This document shows positions 60,674 through 64,000 of a stretch of DNA of 64,000 bases, piece after piece. The notes beneath the pieces are model-generated. The model ran no database searches. It was not told where the DNA came from and saw nothing but the letters and a program-made list of their open reading frames with translations. The DNA comes from Candidatus Krumholzibacteriota bacterium (lineage in GTDB: Bacteria; Krumholzibacteriota; Krumholzibacteriia; JAJRXK01). Within the stretch, counting starts at the first letter, position 1, and each line of letters opens with the position of its first letter. The stretch covers positions 32,001 through 96,000 of the forward strand of contig CAVSGG010000003.1 in NCBI GenBank assembly GCA_963727455.1, given 5' to 3'. Position numbers and translations under genes: made by a program.

Positions 60674-61189
60674 ACCTTCGCGCGCTGCGCCACCGCGGTC
60701 TCCAGGGGGAGCGCCCCCGGCAGGGAGGGTTCGCATTCTGCCGGGACCCTCCGCCGTGCTCGATCCTTGTACCTTCGAAATAGTTTTCTCAAGCTCTTCT
60801 AAAGGCTTGAGTTAAAGCGCCTGGGGGACGCGCCCTCCGAGGAGGTCTTTGGTTCTACAAAATATTATGTTTGCGCTTTATCTTCTTATTTTTGGCCCTA
60901 CGGAACGCGAACTTGCTGGCACCACACCCCCGCCCCGGGCCAGCGAGAAAGCTCCGACGCAGCGACGCCCCAGACCTGCGCAGAAGAAGGGAGGCGAAGC
61001 GCGCTCGGTAGCGACGATTGGACAGCTTCGGCTGCCCGCTATATATAGGTAGCTCTGCGGCAGCAGTAGGCGGCGCCGGGCGCCGATTCTCCCCCCGTCT
61101 CAGCTCTGCCCGCGGATCTGAGGCCTGGAGCAGCATTGCGCCCCGGCCAAATTGGTCTCCCTACGAAGAATGATGGGGTTTTGAAGTTC

Positions 61190-63844
61190 ATGGCGAAGAA
61201 GACCACCCGTAGCAAGATGCCCAAGACCGACGGCAAGCAGCTCGTCATCGTCGAGAGCCCGTCCAAGGCGCGAACCATCAACAAATATCTGGGAAAGGAC
61301 TTCGTGGTGGTCGCCAGCGTGGGCCACGTACGCGACCTCCCCAGCAAGAACCCCAAGGGAGACAAGTCCCCGGTCCCGGGAATCGATCTGGAGAATCACT
61401 TCGAGCCGCGCTACGAAGTACTCAAGGGCAAGTCCAAGCTGGTGAGCGAGCTGAAGCGCGCCGCCAAGAACGCGCGCGAGGTCTGGTTCGCCACCGACCT
61501 CGATCGCGAGGGCGAGGCCATCGCCTGGCATCTGGCCGAACTCGTGGGGATCACCCCGGAGGAAGCCAAGCGCGTCATCTTCAGCGCCATCACCCGCGAT
61601 GAGATCGATCATGCGTTCAAGGACCCGCGTGCCATCGACATGGATCGCGTCAACGCGCAGCAGGCGCGGCGCATCCTCGATCGCATCGTGGGCTACCAGG
61701 TTTCTCCGCTCTTGTGGAAGAAAGTGGCGCGCGGACTTTCCGCGGGCCGCGTACAGAGCGTCGCCGTGCGCCTGGTGGTGGAGCGCGAACGCGAGATCCG
61801 CGCCTTCGTGCCGGACGAGAGCTGGCAGATCCTGGCCAATTTCCACGGCGATACTGCGGTGGGCGAGAGCTTGAGCACCGATTGGGCGGCCCTGCTCGCA
61901 ACGCGCGACGACAAGGGAAAACCCCCCACGCAGAAGGAGCTCAATGCGTGGCTCGCCAAGAAGGAAGCGGTGCGCGCCGAGTTGGTCAAAGTGGCCGGAG
62001 AGAAATTCGAACTCGAACTGAAGGGCATGATCGACGGCGTGTCCCAGGATGAGAAGTTCAAGGACGCGTCGGCCCAGGACAACACGCCCGCCGTGCTCGA
62101 AGTGGCGCGGCTGGCCGGTTTGCAGTCCATCCAGACTGAGGTCACTCAAGATCCCAAGGGCAAGGGCCCGGCGCGCTATCGGCGCACGGTCCGCGGAGAA
62201 ATCGATCCCGCGGCCAAGTACAGGGTGAGTTCGATCGAATCCAAGCGCACCAGTACACGCCCCGCCGCTCCCTTCATCACCTCCACTTTGCAGCAGGCAG
62301 GATCCTCACGCTTGGGATTCGCTGCGCGGCGCACCATGCAGGCGGCGCAGCAGCTCTACGAGGGAGTCGACATTCCTGGCGAGGGACCGACCGGTTTGAT
62401 CACCTACATGCGAACCGACAGCACCCGCCTGAGTGGCGATGCGCTGGCGATGGCGCGCGAGTTCATCTCAAAGGAATACGGCCACGAGTACTTGCCCGAG
62501 AAGCCCAATTTCTTCTCGTCTTCGAATCGCCAGGCCCAGGACGCGCACGAGGCGATCCGCCCCACCTCACTCGCGCACTCTCCGCAGAAGCTCAAGAAGG
62601 TGCTGCGGCCGGATCAGTACAAGGTGTATTCCCTCATCTGGAGTCGTTTCGTGGCCTGCCAGATGAAGCCCGCCCAGTGGGACTCCACCAGCGTGTTCAT
62701 CGAGGGCGGCATCGACCCCAAACGACCGCTCACCTTCAAGACCCAGGGGCGCACCCTGGCATTCGACGGCTTTTACAGAGTGGCGGGGGTTCCTTTGGCC
62801 AGCGATGAACAGTCGCTTCCTCCGCTGAAGGAGAACGACTCACTCTCGCCCTTCGCCATCGAGCCCAAGCAGCGGTTCTCGGCGCCGCCTGCGCGCTATA
62901 CCGAGGCCAGTCTCATCAAGAAGCTGGAGGCCGAAGGCATCGGACGGCCTTCCACCTACGCCTCCATCATCCAGGTCATTCAGCTGCGCAAGTACGTGGA
63001 GCAAATCGAGCGGCGCTTCTATGCCACCGATCTGGGCGAGATCGTCATCGACAAACTGCGCGAGGCGTTTCCCGGCATCTTTCGGGTGGACTACACCAAG
63101 AAAATGGAAGCCGAGCTCGACAAGATCGAAGAGGAGCACCACGACTGGATCAGCATGTTGGAGAAGTTCTACGAACCCTTCTCGCAAAAGCTGGAGAAGG
63201 CCCTGGAGGAACTGGGGCACGCCAAGGCGGAAACCCAACCCGCGCCCGACGAGTATCGCTGTGGTGCCTGCGGCGCTCCCACCGTCTACCGCTTCGGGAA
63301 AAACGGGCGCTTCCTCTCTTGTTCCACCTATCCCAAGTGTCGCTGGGCCAGTCCCATCGATCGCGACGGAAGGCCCCGGCCGGTGGAGGAGACGAACGTG
63401 GCCTGCCCCAAGTGCGGCGAGCCCATGATCAAACGGGTGGGTCGCTTTGGTCCCTTCCTCGGATGCCGGCGATACAACGACGAGAAGAACCCCTGTGACG
63501 GCATTCTCAATCTGGACAAGAAGACGCACAAGGTGGTGGCACCCTCCCAACCTCCTCTCCAGACCGATCTGCCTTGTCCCAAGTGCGGAAAGCCGCTCAA
63601 TCTGCGCCTCGGCTTGCGCGGACCCTGGTTGGGGTGCTCGAGCTTTCCCAAGTGTCGCGGCCGCATGGCCTGGACCAAGCTCGACGCGGAAGTGAAGGAG
63701 AAGTGGCAGCGCGCTCTGGACGAGCACGTCGCGAAGCACCCCATCCCCATCATCACGACGGTGGACGGGGAGGCGCTCACCGACGAGAGGGGCAAGCCGT
63801 TGCCCGATTCGCCGGTTCCCGGCGAGGAACTCCTCAACGTCTGA
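61190..63844 (+). CDS. topA: DNA topoisomerase I
   Basis: VIVESPSKA, ATDLDREGEAIAWH, SAGRVQS, LITYMRTDS, AHEAIRPT, GIGRPSTYA, three C4 zinc ribbons. Confidence 0.97.
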   Translation: MAKKTTRSKMPKTDGKQLVIVESPSKARTINKYLGKDFVVVASVGHVRDLPSKNPKGDKSPVPGIDLENHFEPRYEVLKGKSKLVSELKRAAKNAREVWFATDLDREGEAIAWHLAELVGITPEEAKRVIFSAITRDEIDHAFKDPRAIDMDRVNAQQARRILDRIVGYQVSPLLWKKVARGLSAGRVQSVAVRLVVEREREIRAFVPDESWQILANFHGDTAVGESLSTDWAALLATRDDKGKPPTQKELNAWLAKKEAVRAELVKVAGEKFELELKGMIDGVSQDEKFKDASAQDNTPAVLEVARLAGLQSIQTEVTQDPKGKGPARYRRTVRGEIDPAAKYRVSSIESKRTSTRPAAPFITSTLQQAGSSRLGFAARRTMQAAQQLYEGVDIPGEGPTGLITYMRTDSTRLSGDALAMAREFISKEYGHEYLPEKPNFFSSSNRQAQDAHEAIRPTSLAHSPQKLKKVLRPDQYKVYSLIWSRFVACQMKPAQWDSTSVFIEGGIDPKRPLTFKTQGRTLAFDGFYRVAGVPLASDEQSLPPLKENDSLSPFAIEPKQRFSAPPARYTEASLIKKLEAEGIGRPSTYASIIQVIQLRKYVEQIERRFYATDLGEIVIDKLREAFPGIFRVDYTKKMEAELDKIEEEHHDWISMLEKFYEPFSQKLEKALEELGHAKAETQPAPDEYRCGACGAPTVYRFGKNGRFLSCSTYPKCRWASPIDRDGRPRPVEETNVACPKCGEPMIKRVGRFGPFLGCRRYNDEKNPCDGILNLDKKTHKVVAPSQPPLQTDLPCPKCGKPLNLRLGLRGPWLGCSSFPKCRGRMAWTKLDAEVKEKWQRALDEHVAKHPIPIITTVDGEALTDERGKPLPDSPVPGEELLNV

Positions 63845-63847
63845 AAC

Positions 63848-63885
63848 AGAAGAGGCCGGCACCTGAGGTGACCGGCCTCTCCTTC
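63848..63885 (+). terminator. Hairpin between convergent genes after topA
   Basis: AGAGGCCGG...CCGGCCTCT stem; weak T-tract. Confidence 0.45.
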
Positions 63886-63924
63886 GACCAGCGCATCTCA
63901 CACCGATGGGCGTGGCTGACCCTC

Positions 63925-64000
63925 TCAGTTCTTCGTCACGCCCGTTCCTTCGCAGGGATAGTCGGTCGTCGCCGCATTGAAGGCATGCGTGTTGACGTTC
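63925..64000 (-). CDS. 3' end of a CDS entering from beyond the window
   Basis: ...NVNTHAFNAATTDYPCEGTGVTKN-stop. Confidence 0.45.
   Translation of the reverse strand, partial: NVNTHAFNAATTDYPCEGTGVTKN

Overview
High-GC (about 65% by eye) bacterial chromosome segment. FlgD/T9SS-like and 'SFGxxKxxF' C-terminal motifs, mqnE and an spd-type EF-G suggest an FCB-related candidate lineage such as Krumholzibacteriota, Latescibacterota or Eisenbacteria (inference). Most of the window is housekeeping: rrf2-sufCBD, fdx-def-DUF309, mqnE, M48 peptidase, fusA, glnS, gltX, a Yip1/MacAB-like exporter, ilvC, tilS-ftsH-folP-cdaA, queG, guaB, OPT, mscS, hpt-udk, nupC, topA and three tRNAs (Glu-CTC, Gln-CTG, Met-CAT). 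Two regions stand out. (1) A ~9.9 kb block between tRNA-Glu and tRNA-Gln holds an ECF sigma/anti-sigma pair divergent from a signal-peptide, C-terminally anchored TPR-CHAT (caspase-like) protease. A 35-bp motif is shared only by the sigma gene and the neighbouring T9SS-CTD + S74 tail-fibre operon. The block also has a 725-bp tandem lipoprotein duplication carrying conserved TASCCGGSTA-core palindromes. (2) A ~8.5 kb cluster has three sigma54-type promoters and nearly every phospho-signalling site is degenerate: pseudo-CheA, pseudo-receiver, Ser-less STAS, and a dead HD-GYP next to an intact one. It also has a 2-TM protein ending in a tandem YDLxxFGAVEL motif. No CRISPR array, integrase, transposase or rRNA was seen. 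All calls are by motif recognition only; no database searches were run.
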